Below are positions 20,174-29,289 of a DNA stretch of 64,000 nt, one piece after another (position 1 is the first letter of the stretch; each line of letters opens with the position of its first letter). The stretch is taken from the NCBI GenBank assembly GCA_963681965.1, contig OY820579.1, forward strand, positions 1,600,001 through 1,664,000, given 5' to 3'. This DNA comes from a bacterium. Its GTDB lineage: Bacteria; Electryoneota; JAOADG01. The notes under the pieces are model-generated. The model was not told the DNA's origin, did not search any database, and saw only the letters and a list, made by a program, of their open reading frames with translations. The position numbers and the translations under genes are program-made.

Positions 20174-23100
20174 ATGAAATTTGTGCCTATTTTTCGATCC
20201 AGCTATGTGTTAATTTTCTCAATATTTCTTCCTATTTTTTCCTTTGCTACAGCCGTTCCACCCACCAGTAATTCATCCAGTGTTCGAGTAAGCATTTCCC
20301 AAACATTAGGGAATCAGCCACTCAGTTTTACTGAGAACAAAGGGCAGTGGGATGATCGGGTCTTATATCAAGGAAAAGCTGGCAATGGCATGACCTACTT
20401 TTTCGAACGGGACGGTTTTACACTGTTAACTGTTGCTCCCGATAAGACCAAACCTCCGATCCTCGATCCGCGCGAAGCCAGTTTACCCGAGGAGATGCGT
20501 AACCCGCTTGCCGCCAAACACTATCCCTTGAAGGGTCATGCTCTGAATCTGCGCTTTGTACGCGATCCGAATCAAGCGAGTCCACAAATTACTGCAACCG
20601 ACTTTTTCGAATGGAACAACAATTACTTCCTCGGTAACGACGAGAAAAAGTGGGCACCCGATTGTAAAAATGCTGGTAAACTCGAATACAAGAATGTCTG
20701 GAATGGAATCGATGTAGTTTATCGCAACAACAACCGGCAGTTGGAGTACGATATCGTCGTTCAACCCGGAGCCAACCCTGCCAGCATGAAGTTTCGCTAT
20801 GATGGTTTGTCGGGTGCAATAGAAACTGTTGATAACGGCAAAGCGATTCAACTTCCTACTTCGCTAGGCAATCTGCGTGAAGAAATTCCCGGTTGTTTCC
20901 AGATCGTGAATGGCATGAAGCGGGATGTTCGAGCAACATTCACCGTATTCTCAAACAGTGAATTCGGATTTGCATTCCCTGATGGGTACGACTCAAATTA
21001 TCCGCTCACGATCGATCCACTAGTGTATAGCACTTATTTGGGCGGAAGTAATTCCGATGAACTCGAAGATATCGCATCCGATGGATCGGGGGGAGTTTAT
21101 GTCGTTGGATTGACTCTTAGCTCCGATTTTCCGACAACTGCAGGCGCTTTAGATCCTACTTTTAATACATACAACGATGTCTTTATATCTCACTTGAACA
21201 GTACCGGTTCAGCGTTATTGTTCAGTACTTATCTCGGTGGCGTATGGAACGATTGTGGTTATGGAATTACGGTTAGTGCTGCCAACAATATTTATATTAC
21301 CGGTACGACTGAAAGCAATTTATTCCCCACAACTACCGGTGCATACGATCAAACCTATAACGGAACTGGCGATATTTTTGTGTCGAAATTAAACTCTACT
21401 GGAAATGCTTTGCTGTTTAGTACTTTTGTAGGTGGTAATAGCTCGGAAACCCCAACCGACATCTACTGTAGCCCAGCGGAAGCTATCACCGTTTCGGGGT
21501 ATTCCTCAAGTTCCAATTTCCCCATGATGAATTCCTATGACGATACCTTCAACGGCGGTGGATCGGATGGGATTCTGTTTCGTTTGATCAACAATGGCGC
21601 AACACTCATTAACAGTACGTATATCGGTGGTTCGGGCTTCGATGCCATCGATGGGATCGATAATAAAAATGAAACGACTTTTGGCGGATCCATGTTTGCG
21701 TGCGGTCGTACCACCAGTACCGATTTTCCAACGACTACCGATGGCTACGACCGAAGCTACAATGGCGGTACATCGGATGGATTTGCCTTTCAATTTAACA
21801 ACAACTATAATTTGGTCTACGGCACCTATATCGGCGGAAGCTCGCTCGATTACTGTTCAGCAATTTCTGCCGACGGTACTGGTGGGGCTTACTTGACCGG
21901 ATCGACCACTAGTAGCAACTTCCCAACTACTATGTTTTCCACTGATCGAACCTACAACGGCGATTACGATTCCTACTTGATCTCCCTTGGGATGGGGAAT
22001 GGAGTTGGATTACAATATGGCACTTATCTCGGTGGTTCGAATTTAGACATGGGTGAAGAATTATATTCCGATCATCATTATGGTGTAACTGTAGTGGGAT
22101 CAACCAGTAGTACTGATTTTCCGACAACTGAAAATGCCTATGATCGTTCTCAGAATGGCGGTTCGGATATCTTCGTCACCAGAATTGGTAATGTCTCAGG
22201 AAATTTCACGTATAGCTACAGCTCATTTCTAGGCGGAAGTGCCGACGATCAAGCCCGAGCGATCGCTTACGATGGAACTGGAGGCATTATCGTTGCCGGC
22301 AAAACGAACGGTGCTTTGTTTCCAACCTCGACGGGTGCACTCGATCCAAGTTGGAATGGAAATTACGATGGAGTTGTTGCACGCATCGATCATCTTATCC
22401 CGCCCAATGCACCGACCGCGCTGAATGCAAGTTCGATCACATCGACATCCATTAGCGGTACTTTTACCGACAATTCTACCTATGAAACCGGATTCAAAGT
22501 TTATTATAGTACTTACAATTCCGCTTATTATTTATATGGAACTATACCGGCACACCCCGGCACCGGCATTGTATCCTATTCACTGAATCTATTACCCTCA
22601 TTGCGATACGACATTCACATCTATGCGATGGATGGTGATGTGTATTCCAATTCGAGTGACTTGTACATGCTATATACTCTTCCTGCCGTTCCGGCAGCAC
22701 CGACTTTGGGAATACCGGGTAACAATTCGATACCGGTTACTGTGAACAACAATGCCACGACCCCTAACACCGATGGGGCAATTTATGCGATTCGAGTGAA
22801 TGGATCGCAATGGGTTCAAGCCGATGGTTCTTTGGGTTCCGAACAGGTTTTTAGTTGGCAGTTACCGTACCAGACTCAAGTCAATGTCATCGGGTTAACA
22901 CCATTCACTCAATATACTTTTGAAGTGGTCGCCAACAATGGATACGGTAGTACCTCTGGATTTAGTCCACCGGCTACCTGTTGGACGACGGGTATCTGGA
23001 CACCTCACACTGATATTTTTACTCCATCTACCGGTGTCCTTCCTGCTACGATTACCGACAACAGTACTGTGAATATTCCGATCTATATCAGTGATACTCG

Positions 23101-26017
23101 AGAAATCACCGATTTAGACATTCGGATCTCGGCGACTCACAATTACGTTAGCGATGTGAGTTTTGTCTTAGTTCACCCGAATGGAACGACTATTGCGACA
23201 CTGATTCAGAACCGTGGTGCAACTGGTCGTAACTTCAATTATATGGCTTTCGACGATGGTGCCGGTTCCAGTATTTCGGGAGCTACAGCGCCATTCACCG
23301 GGGTTTGGCAACCGGAATCTCCGCTATTTGTCTTCAATGGATTACCCGCCAATGGAACGTGGTTGTTACGTTGCATCGATCGCGCATCCCCCGATGCCGG
23401 AACGGTTACATCGATCGAAATGGCATTTGCGAGCAACACACCGCGTGTACCATCCAATCCGTATCCGACGATTGGACAAACGAATATTGGCGCTACTCCG
23501 ACATTAATGTGGGACTGTGAAAACGGAACTTCGTACAATGTCTACTTTGGTACGGACAATCCTCCGACGAATATTGTTTCGTTCGAACAATCTCCGAACT
23601 CATATACCATCACGACACCTTTGACGGACTTGACGACGTATTTCTGGAAGATCGTTGCTTTTAACAGTTACGGTAGCACCGAAGGACCGGTCTGGAGTTT
23701 TACGACGACACCGACACCCGACTACCGGTTATTGGTCGAAAGCACTGGTGCCACCGGCTGTCTGGGTGGTTCGGCGATGCATTTGATTGTGATTACCAAT
23801 ACCGGAACGCTACGAGATTCGATTACCGATATTTTTGCAACATCTCCGCTATACGCCTGCGTAACCGACTCGTTCAATCCGGTGTTGCTGCCGGGTGAAT
23901 CGGTGACGATTCCATTCCGGGTGGATTTGCGCACCGATGCGACAGTTGGTGATTTTGTTACAACAACTGTTTCGGTAACTACCGCAGGTCATTCAGAACC
24001 GTTTACTGGAACGGTTACTACCCAAGTAACACCGGCAAATACACTACCACTGATCGAGAATTTCAGTAGTGATCAGTTTCCACCGCAAGGATGGTCCTAT
24101 ATTAATTTGGATAATTCGATGCGTTGGGTTCGTTTCACTGGGTATCACGGAAACGATGGCGCGGCAATGATGGATTGTTATCATTACAACGTTCTTGAAA
24201 CCGGGGATGCACTGGTACCTCCTCCAGTAACGACGATGGGTATCAGTACCGCTTTTATCGAATTCGACTGGAGCTATACACCTTTGACCGGTTATTCCGA
24301 TACATTGACCCTTCTATACAGCAATTTTACGCTCAGCGAATCGATGGTTTTATGGAGTCGACCACTGGATGGACAATCGTTGGCAGCAGGAACCAACGGT
24401 AGCACTTCCTATCCGGGTGAGGATGGAACGTGGGGTCACGCATTGGTACAAGTGCCTTCTTATCTATTGAACCGACCGACTGTACAATTCCAATTCGTAG
24501 TAACCAACGGTCATGGATCGGCAGTCTTCCTCGATAATGTTAAGATCACTGAACCTTCGATGCTGGTCGAAGCCGATACGGCAAATGGTTATTTGGGCGG
24601 CTCGGCAATGCATACACTTCGTATAACGAATACGGGAACGCAACCGGATTCGATTGTGGACCTTTTCGCGACATCGCCGTTGTATGCCGTTGCTACCGAA
24701 GCTTACAATCGGGTCGTATTACCCAATCAAACTGTGACCGTCCGGTTCCGAGTCGATATCCTCGATACGGCTATTGTCGGAGATTATGTTCTGACCGAAG
24801 TTCATGTCGCTACCCGTGACCATCCGAATCCCTACATTGGTCAAGTGGTTTCGCTTGTTCAACCAGCTTTCCAATTACCATTATTCGAGGATTTCAGCTC
24901 GACGCAATTTCCTCCGGAAGGTTGGTCGTATATCAATCTTGACAACAATTTATCATGGAGTCGATACTCTGGTTATCATGGCAACAATGGTGTGGCGATG
25001 ATGGATTGTTATCATTACAATATTTCCGATCAATCCGATCATCTGGCGTTGCCGCCGATTTCCACAATCGGTGTAAGTTCGGCACAGATCGAGTTCGATT
25101 GGAGCTATTCTCCCTACAGCAGTTTTTCGGATACTTTGATTTTAACCTATCACAACATGACATTGAATGAATCGTTCGAACTTTGGGTGCGTCCGGAAGC
25201 AGGATCTTCGCTGGCTGCCGGAAGCAATGGCAGCACCTCCTATCCAGCAGAGGACGGTACTTGGGGTCACGCGGTTGTGCAAATCCCATCCTTTTTACTA
25301 AATCGTCCTACGGTACATTTCAAATTTGTCGCAGTCAACGGTAACGGATCGTCGATTTTTATCGATAACGTTAAGATATCTGCTCCGATGATTTCCGTTA
25401 CACCCGATCCGCTTGATTTCGGAACCAGTTCGATAGGGCATCTAGTGTCTCGAAACTTGACCATCTCCAATTCCGGAATCGGATCGCTGATCATCAGTCG
25501 AATCGATATTACCGGGGATGGATTTGGCGGAAGTACTGTTTCGAATGTATCGATACCATTTGGATCCTCTTTCGAATACCCGATCAACTGGACTCCGAAT
25601 TCGATCGGTGTTAGTAACGGTACCGCAGTGATCACGCACAATGGACTAAGCTCGCCGACCACTGTGAATTTGGTGGGTGTTGCAATCTCGCCACCAACTG
25701 CACCGCAGAATTTATCAGTCACGTACACTTCTGCCACGCAGACGGCATTTTTGTCGTGGACGCAATCGAGTGGATCGGTCAGTGGGTACAATGTCTATCG
25801 ATATCCGACAGGTTATTTTCTACCACCGACCGTTGGAACTCTTGTCGGGACGACGAATCCGGATTCACCGTGGTTCTACGACAATAATGTAACTGTGAAA
25901 GGATTTTATCGCGTGACGGCATTCTACACATCGTCAGGATCGAGCGAAATTCTATCGATCCCCGCGACGACAGTACGCAACCCAATCGGTGTTCGAAATC
26001 GTGAAATAATGAAGTAG
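20174..26017 (+). CDS. Very large secreted multidomain protein: SBBP beta-propeller repeats, Fn3, P-domain, duplicated Ig + jelly-roll module, Ig-like, C-terminal Fn3-like
   Basis: Signal peptide; FTENKGQW, NYFLGND and LEYDIVVQPGA N-domain; repeated YSTYLGGS..D...G.T.S.DFPTT units; I.DLDI.I..TH.YVSD P-domain. Confidence 0.85.
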   Translation: MKFVPIFRSSYVLIFSIFLPIFSFATAVPPTSNSSSVRVSISQTLGNQPLSFTENKGQWDDRVLYQGKAGNGMTYFFERDGFTLLTVAPDKTKPPILDPREASLPEEMRNPLAAKHYPLKGHALNLRFVRDPNQASPQITATDFFEWNNNYFLGNDEKKWAPDCKNAGKLEYKNVWNGIDVVYRNNNRQLEYDIVVQPGANPASMKFRYDGLSGAIETVDNGKAIQLPTSLGNLREEIPGCFQIVNGMKRDVRATFTVFSNSEFGFAFPDGYDSNYPLTIDPLVYSTYLGGSNSDELEDIASDGSGGVYVVGLTLSSDFPTTAGALDPTFNTYNDVFISHLNSTGSALLFSTYLGGVWNDCGYGITVSAANNIYITGTTESNLFPTTTGAYDQTYNGTGDIFVSKLNSTGNALLFSTFVGGNSSETPTDIYCSPAEAITVSGYSSSSNFPMMNSYDDTFNGGGSDGILFRLINNGATLINSTYIGGSGFDAIDGIDNKNETTFGGSMFACGRTTSTDFPTTTDGYDRSYNGGTSDGFAFQFNNNYNLVYGTYIGGSSLDYCSAISADGTGGAYLTGSTTSSNFPTTMFSTDRTYNGDYDSYLISLGMGNGVGLQYGTYLGGSNLDMGEELYSDHHYGVTVVGSTSSTDFPTTENAYDRSQNGGSDIFVTRIGNVSGNFTYSYSSFLGGSADDQARAIAYDGTGGIIVAGKTNGALFPTSTGALDPSWNGNYDGVVARIDHLIPPNAPTALNASSITSTSISGTFTDNSTYETGFKVYYSTYNSAYYLYGTIPAHPGTGIVSYSLNLLPSLRYDIHIYAMDGDVYSNSSDLYMLYTLPAVPAAPTLGIPGNNSIPVTVNNNATTPNTDGAIYAIRVNGSQWVQADGSLGSEQVFSWQLPYQTQVNVIGLTPFTQYTFEVVANNGYGSTSGFSPPATCWTTGIWTPHTDIFTPSTGVLPATITDNSTVNIPIYISDTREITDLDIRISATHNYVSDVSFVLVHPNGTTIATLIQNRGATGRNFNYMAFDDGAGSSISGATAPFTGVWQPESPLFVFNGLPANGTWLLRCIDRASPDAGTVTSIEMAFASNTPRVPSNPYPTIGQTNIGATPTLMWDCENGTSYNVYFGTDNPPTNIVSFEQSPNSYTITTPLTDLTTYFWKIVAFNSYGSTEGPVWSFTTTPTPDYRLLVESTGATGCLGGSAMHLIVITNTGTLRDSITDIFATSPLYACVTDSFNPVLLPGESVTIPFRVDLRTDATVGDFVTTTVSVTTAGHSEPFTGTVTTQVTPANTLPLIENFSSDQFPPQGWSYINLDNSMRWVRFTGYHGNDGAAMMDCYHYNVLETGDALVPPPVTTMGISTAFIEFDWSYTPLTGYSDTLTLLYSNFTLSESMVLWSRPLDGQSLAAGTNGSTSYPGEDGTWGHALVQVPSYLLNRPTVQFQFVVTNGHGSAVFLDNVKITEPSMLVEADTANGYLGGSAMHTLRITNTGTQPDSIVDLFATSPLYAVATEAYNRVVLPNQTVTVRFRVDILDTAIVGDYVLTEVHVATRDHPNPYIGQVVSLVQPAFQLPLFEDFSSTQFPPEGWSYINLDNNLSWSRYSGYHGNNGVAMMDCYHYNISDQSDHLALPPISTIGVSSAQIEFDWSYSPYSSFSDTLILTYHNMTLNESFELWVRPEAGSSLAAGSNGSTSYPAEDGTWGHAVVQIPSFLLNRPTVHFKFVAVNGNGSSIFIDNVKISAPMISVTPDPLDFGTSSIGHLVSRNLTISNSGIGSLIISRIDITGDGFGGSTVSNVSIPFGSSFEYPINWTPNSIGVSNGTAVITHNGLSSPTTVNLVGVAISPPTAPQNLSVTYTSATQTAFLSWTQSSGSVSGYNVYRYPTGYFLPPTVGTLVGTTNPDSPWFYDNNVTVKGFYRVTAFYTSSGSSEILSIPATTVRNPIGVRNREIMK
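23729..25390 (+). repeat. Intragenic tandem duplication, 2 x 831 nt (277 aa)
   Basis: Both copies carry LGGSAMH...TNTGT, ENFSS/EDFSS..FPP.GWSYINLDN, MMDCYHYN, NGSTSYP.EDGTWGHA and DNVKI. Confidence 0.9.
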
Positions 26018-26037
26018 TCAACATCATTTAAGTAAGG

Positions 26038-26072
26038 AAAAATCCCCTGCACCATCGATGCAGGGGATTTTC
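26038..26072. terminator. Bidirectional terminator between convergent genes
   Basis: AAAATCCCCTGCA-ccatcga-TGCAGGGGATTTT. Confidence 0.85.
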
Positions 26073-27134
26073 TTATTTCATTAATTGAGAATTGCGGAGA
26101 GTGTCCAGAATTTTCTGCAACCCATCGGGTAACGGAGCAATAAGATTTAGCGGAGCATGGGTTTCGGGGTGGGGGACGGTCAGTTCGTGGGCATGAAGGA
26201 ACTGTCCAGCACAATGCGCGAGTCCGATCGCGGCAAGGTTACGCTGCGCGGCGGAGAGCCGTCCCAATTGACGGTTGCGACCGCCGTAGAGTGGATCGCC
26301 GAAGACCGGATGTCCGAGATGCGCCAGATGGACGCGGATCTGATGCGTGCGTCCAGTTTCGGGAAAACATTTGATCAAGGTCCATAATCCAAACCGCTCG
26401 ACGACTTCCCAGCGTGTGATGGCGGCTTTTCCATCGGGTACGATCGCGAACATCGCACGTTCGTACGGGTGTCGTCCGATGGGAGCGTCGATTCGTCCGG
26501 TAGGTTTGTTGAGATCGCCCCAGACGAGTGCGAGATAGGTCTTGTGAACAGTGCGGTCTTTGAATGCTTGTGCCAATTTCTGTTGACTGTGGAGGGTCTT
26601 GGCAGCGAGCAGAATACCGCTGGTGTCTTTGTCCAAGCGATGAATAATACCGGGGCGGAGCCCTTCAGTGTCGCCCCCTTCGAGTCCGGGCGAGAGGTCC
26701 TCGCCGGTCTGTGCGACATGCCAGAGCAGCGCATTGACAATCGTGCCGCTTCGGAACGACTGTGCCGGGTGCACGACGATGCCCGCCGGTTTGTTGATCG
26801 CGATGATCACATCGTCTTCGAACAAGATATCGAGTGGGATATTTTCCGGGATCAACTCGGGTGCGGGAGGGAGAAACGGTACATAGAAGATTTGATCGCC
26901 CGGTCGCACCTGATACGAGGCGCGTGCCGGCTGATTGTTGACGATGACATTGGCAAGATCAATCCACGCCTTGACGCGAGAGCGGCTCATGCCGGTACGC
27001 ATCGCGAGATAGATGTCCAAGCGCGTTGGCATCTGACCCGGATCGACGGTGATCGAGTGCGACAATTCGCCGGTGGATGCATCCGCCAGTTTCTTCGCCG
27101 ATGGGTTTTGATGAATGTATTTTTTCTGAGTCAA
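26073..27134 (-). CDS. rluD: RluA/RluD-family 23S rRNA pseudouridine synthase
   Basis: S4 domain (RLD.YL), INKPAG.VVHP, RPGIIHRLDKDTSG and TGRTHQIRVH motifs. Confidence 0.92.
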   Translation of the reverse strand: MTQKKYIHQNPSAKKLADASTGELSHSITVDPGQMPTRLDIYLAMRTGMSRSRVKAWIDLANVIVNNQPARASYQVRPGDQIFYVPFLPPAPELIPENIPLDILFEDDVIIAINKPAGIVVHPAQSFRSGTIVNALLWHVAQTGEDLSPGLEGGDTEGLRPGIIHRLDKDTSGILLAAKTLHSQQKLAQAFKDRTVHKTYLALVWGDLNKPTGRIDAPIGRHPYERAMFAIVPDGKAAITRWEVVERFGLWTLIKCFPETGRTHQIRVHLAHLGHPVFGDPLYGGRNRQLGRLSAAQRNLAAIGLAHCAGQFLHAHELTVPHPETHAPLNLIAPLPDGLQKILDTLRNSQLMK

Positions 27135-27283
27135 GTGTCTTCCATGAGATTTCGTGATAGTAATGTAGTGAATCCGGTGGGGAAGAGCGAGTTGGTGCCT
27201 GGGAAAGGATGGGTGTTGGGGAGTAGGAGGTAGGGAATGGGAAAAGAAGAAATGATACGTGAATGGGTGGACACAAGAGGATT

Positions 27284-27618
27284 GCCGATACGGAGATCGG
27301 CAGTACTGCCCAACTCCGATTGGGCATCTTGTAATCTATTTCCATCTTTACCTATTGAAAAGAGAAAAGGATTAAAATACACAAGAGCCGATGCGGAGAT
27401 CGGCAGTACTGCCCAACTCCGATTAGGCATCTTGTAATCTTTTTCCATCTTTACCGATTGAAAAGAGAAAAGGATTAAAATACACAAGAGCCGATTCGGA
27501 GATCGGCAGTACTACCCAACTCAGATTGGGCATCTTGTAATCTTTTTCCATCTTTACCGATTGAAAAGAGAAAGGGATTAAAATACAAAAGAGCCGATTC
27601 GGAGATCGGCAGTACTAC
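27284..27618. repeat. Tandem array of 103-bp units (~3.3 copies) built from head-to-head REP-like palindromes
   Basis: Units start at 27284, 27387, 27490 and 27593. Each reads GCCGATNCGGAGATCGGC-AGTACT-GCCCAACTCCGATTGGGC plus a near-identical linker. Confidence 0.95.
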
Positions 27619-27650
27619 CTCCGGTAATCCACAAAAATAGAGTCACAAAA

Positions 27651-27676
27651 GGCGGTCAGAATAAATTCTGACCTAC
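27651..27676 (-). repeat. GTAG-footed REP-like palindrome
   Basis: Minus strand reads GTAGGTCAGAATTTATTCTGACCGCC. Confidence 0.6.
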
Positions 27677-27723
27677 AGCAATAACATTTGGCAGCAACGG
27701 GGAATCGCCGTATAGAGAAATAA

Positions 27724-28455
27724 TTATTTCGATAGCACGATGTTGACGATTTCGGCGGAAATCTTTTTCGACCACTCGGCGGAGACGTGCATCGGTTTGA
27801 AACCGAATTTGCGCGTAGCGCCCGGCTTCAGCATCAGCGCCGGGTCGGGCTGTCCGACGACGCTGGTGGCGGCGACCGGAGAATAGGTGTCGGATGCAAT
27901 CGGATGTCCGGCGGCATTGAGGAAATTGATTTTGATTTCGACTTTCGCGAGCGCCTGTTTGCCGGTATTGCGAATTTCACCATAGACGCTCGGTTCGTCG
28001 TATCTCGATTGCTGTGCGCGGAGATTCAGAATCTTGATTTTGGGGACATAGGCTTTTTCGTCGGGTGTCATCTCGAGGCGCACGGAATCGACCTTTGCCG
28101 TGACGCCGTTCATGTTCATGGTCGAGAGATTTTTGATCATCGTGTTGGCTTTGGCGACCATCTTCTGGTCGATGTTGTACATGTAGTAACACGCGGCGAT
28201 GAGGCTCGGGACGAGGATCACGAAGCTGATTTTTTTGATCCGGACGATCGCCTCGATGAGTGCGGAGACAAGTGTCAGGATACCGATGGTGGCAGTGATT
28301 GCCATCAGGTAGATGAAGAATTTCGCGATGCCGGAGATCTCGCCGAAGTTCTGCGTAAAGGTCGAGCCGAAGCCGGACAGCAGGAACAGGATTAACTCGC
28401 CAGCGGTGGCGAGGATACAAATGATAAAAATCGTGACGCCGATGGATAGTTTCAT
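27724..28455 (-). CDS. Membrane protein with C-terminal FxLYD-type Ig-like domain
   Basis: Three N-terminal hydrophobic segments, then VYGEIRNTGKQ...VEIKINFLNAAG..I and LKPG..RKF. Confidence 0.65.
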   Translation of the reverse strand: MKLSIGVTIFIICILATAGELILFLLSGFGSTFTQNFGEISGIAKFFIYLMAITATIGILTLVSALIEAIVRIKKISFVILVPSLIAACYYMYNIDQKMVAKANTMIKNLSTMNMNGVTAKVDSVRLEMTPDEKAYVPKIKILNLRAQQSRYDEPSVYGEIRNTGKQALAKVEIKINFLNAAGHPIASDTYSPVAATSVVGQPDPALMLKPGATRKFGFKPMHVSAEWSKKISAEIVNIVLSK

Positions 28456-28568
28456 GGTGATCTCACGATGGTTGAGAAACGATAGGAAAGATATAAAATT
28501 GTTTAGAATTTTCTATGGAGGATCTAGAAAATAGCAAACAAAAAATAAGATCATTGAATTTTTGAAAA

Positions 28569-29288
28569 TTAGATTTCAATTTTACATTCAATTCCTAAAC
28601 TTGCAATACCTAAACCATTTAAAGCCCAAATACCCATCTGTTTTGCATAGTCACTTGCAGAAGGCTCAAAACTGGTTGTAATCCAGTATGCAAAAACAAC
28701 TGGCTTTAAAATGCTATCTTTGTAGAGAGGGTCTGATGGATTATTAATCCTGAAAATTGAACCGCCGACGAAAGTTCTTAATTCATTTAAACATACTTTA
28801 TTATCACTTCTTTTATTTTTTGCTTGACCGATTACAGAAATACTACACCAATCAGGCATAAATCTTGAAAGTTTAAATTTCTTTGCAGAGAAATCAACTC
28901 CTCCATCATTTTTGCCACCCACTGTAACAGCTTCGCCACCTAATTCCTGTAATATTTTTGTACAGAAAATTTCAAACTCTGTTGATGAAAGTTGATTAAT
29001 TTTGTTTAAATATTTACTTTCATTAGTATTATGTTTTGTGTAATATCCATCCTCATCTATGGAAAAGTCAGGATTTATTCCACTTTCCATACATTCGTCT
29101 CTCATTTCTTGTAATCGATTAATTATTTTTGGTAAAATTTTCTCAATATGTTCTAAACGCTCTTCGATTGAGCAATTGCAGGTTCTGGAAGATAGTTCAG
29201 CTTCAATGACAGAGGAGATTTTGTGAACACCGACATGCTCGATGTTACGAACCCACAGGGCAAATGTGTTTTCATTAGGAAGTGGCAT
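28569..29288 (-). CDS. Mrr-like (Mrr_cat) PD-(D/E)xK restriction endonuclease
   Basis: LSSTEFE.FC..IL..LG, DGGVD, QAK, V...ELR.FVG, T.F..SA..YA and LNG motifs; visibly AT-rich. Confidence 0.8.
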   Translation of the reverse strand: MPLPNENTFALWVRNIEHVGVHKISSVIEAELSSRTCNCSIEERLEHIEKILPKIINRLQEMRDECMESGINPDFSIDEDGYYTKHNTNESKYLNKINQLSSTEFEIFCTKILQELGGEAVTVGGKNDGGVDFSAKKFKLSRFMPDWCSISVIGQAKNKRSDNKVCLNELRTFVGGSIFRINNPSDPLYKDSILKPVVFAYWITTSFEPSASDYAKQMGIWALNGLGIASLGIECKIEI

Positions 29289-29289
29289 T

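Noticed and set aside
27179-27241. G-rich tract upstream of rluD as a G-quadruplex
   Set aside because: Several GGG runs are present but the loops are long and irregular; it cannot be distinguished from a low-complexity purine tract.
26959-27487. ORFs 26959-27345, 27131-27487 and 27237-27437
   Set aside because: They are translations of the DNA repeat (duplicated DYKMPNRSWAVLPIS) with no protein-family features.
27284-27618. CRISPR array interpretation of the 103-bp repeats
   Set aside because: The sequence between the palindromes is near-identical in every unit, so there are no unique spacers; the period is too long and no cas genes are present.
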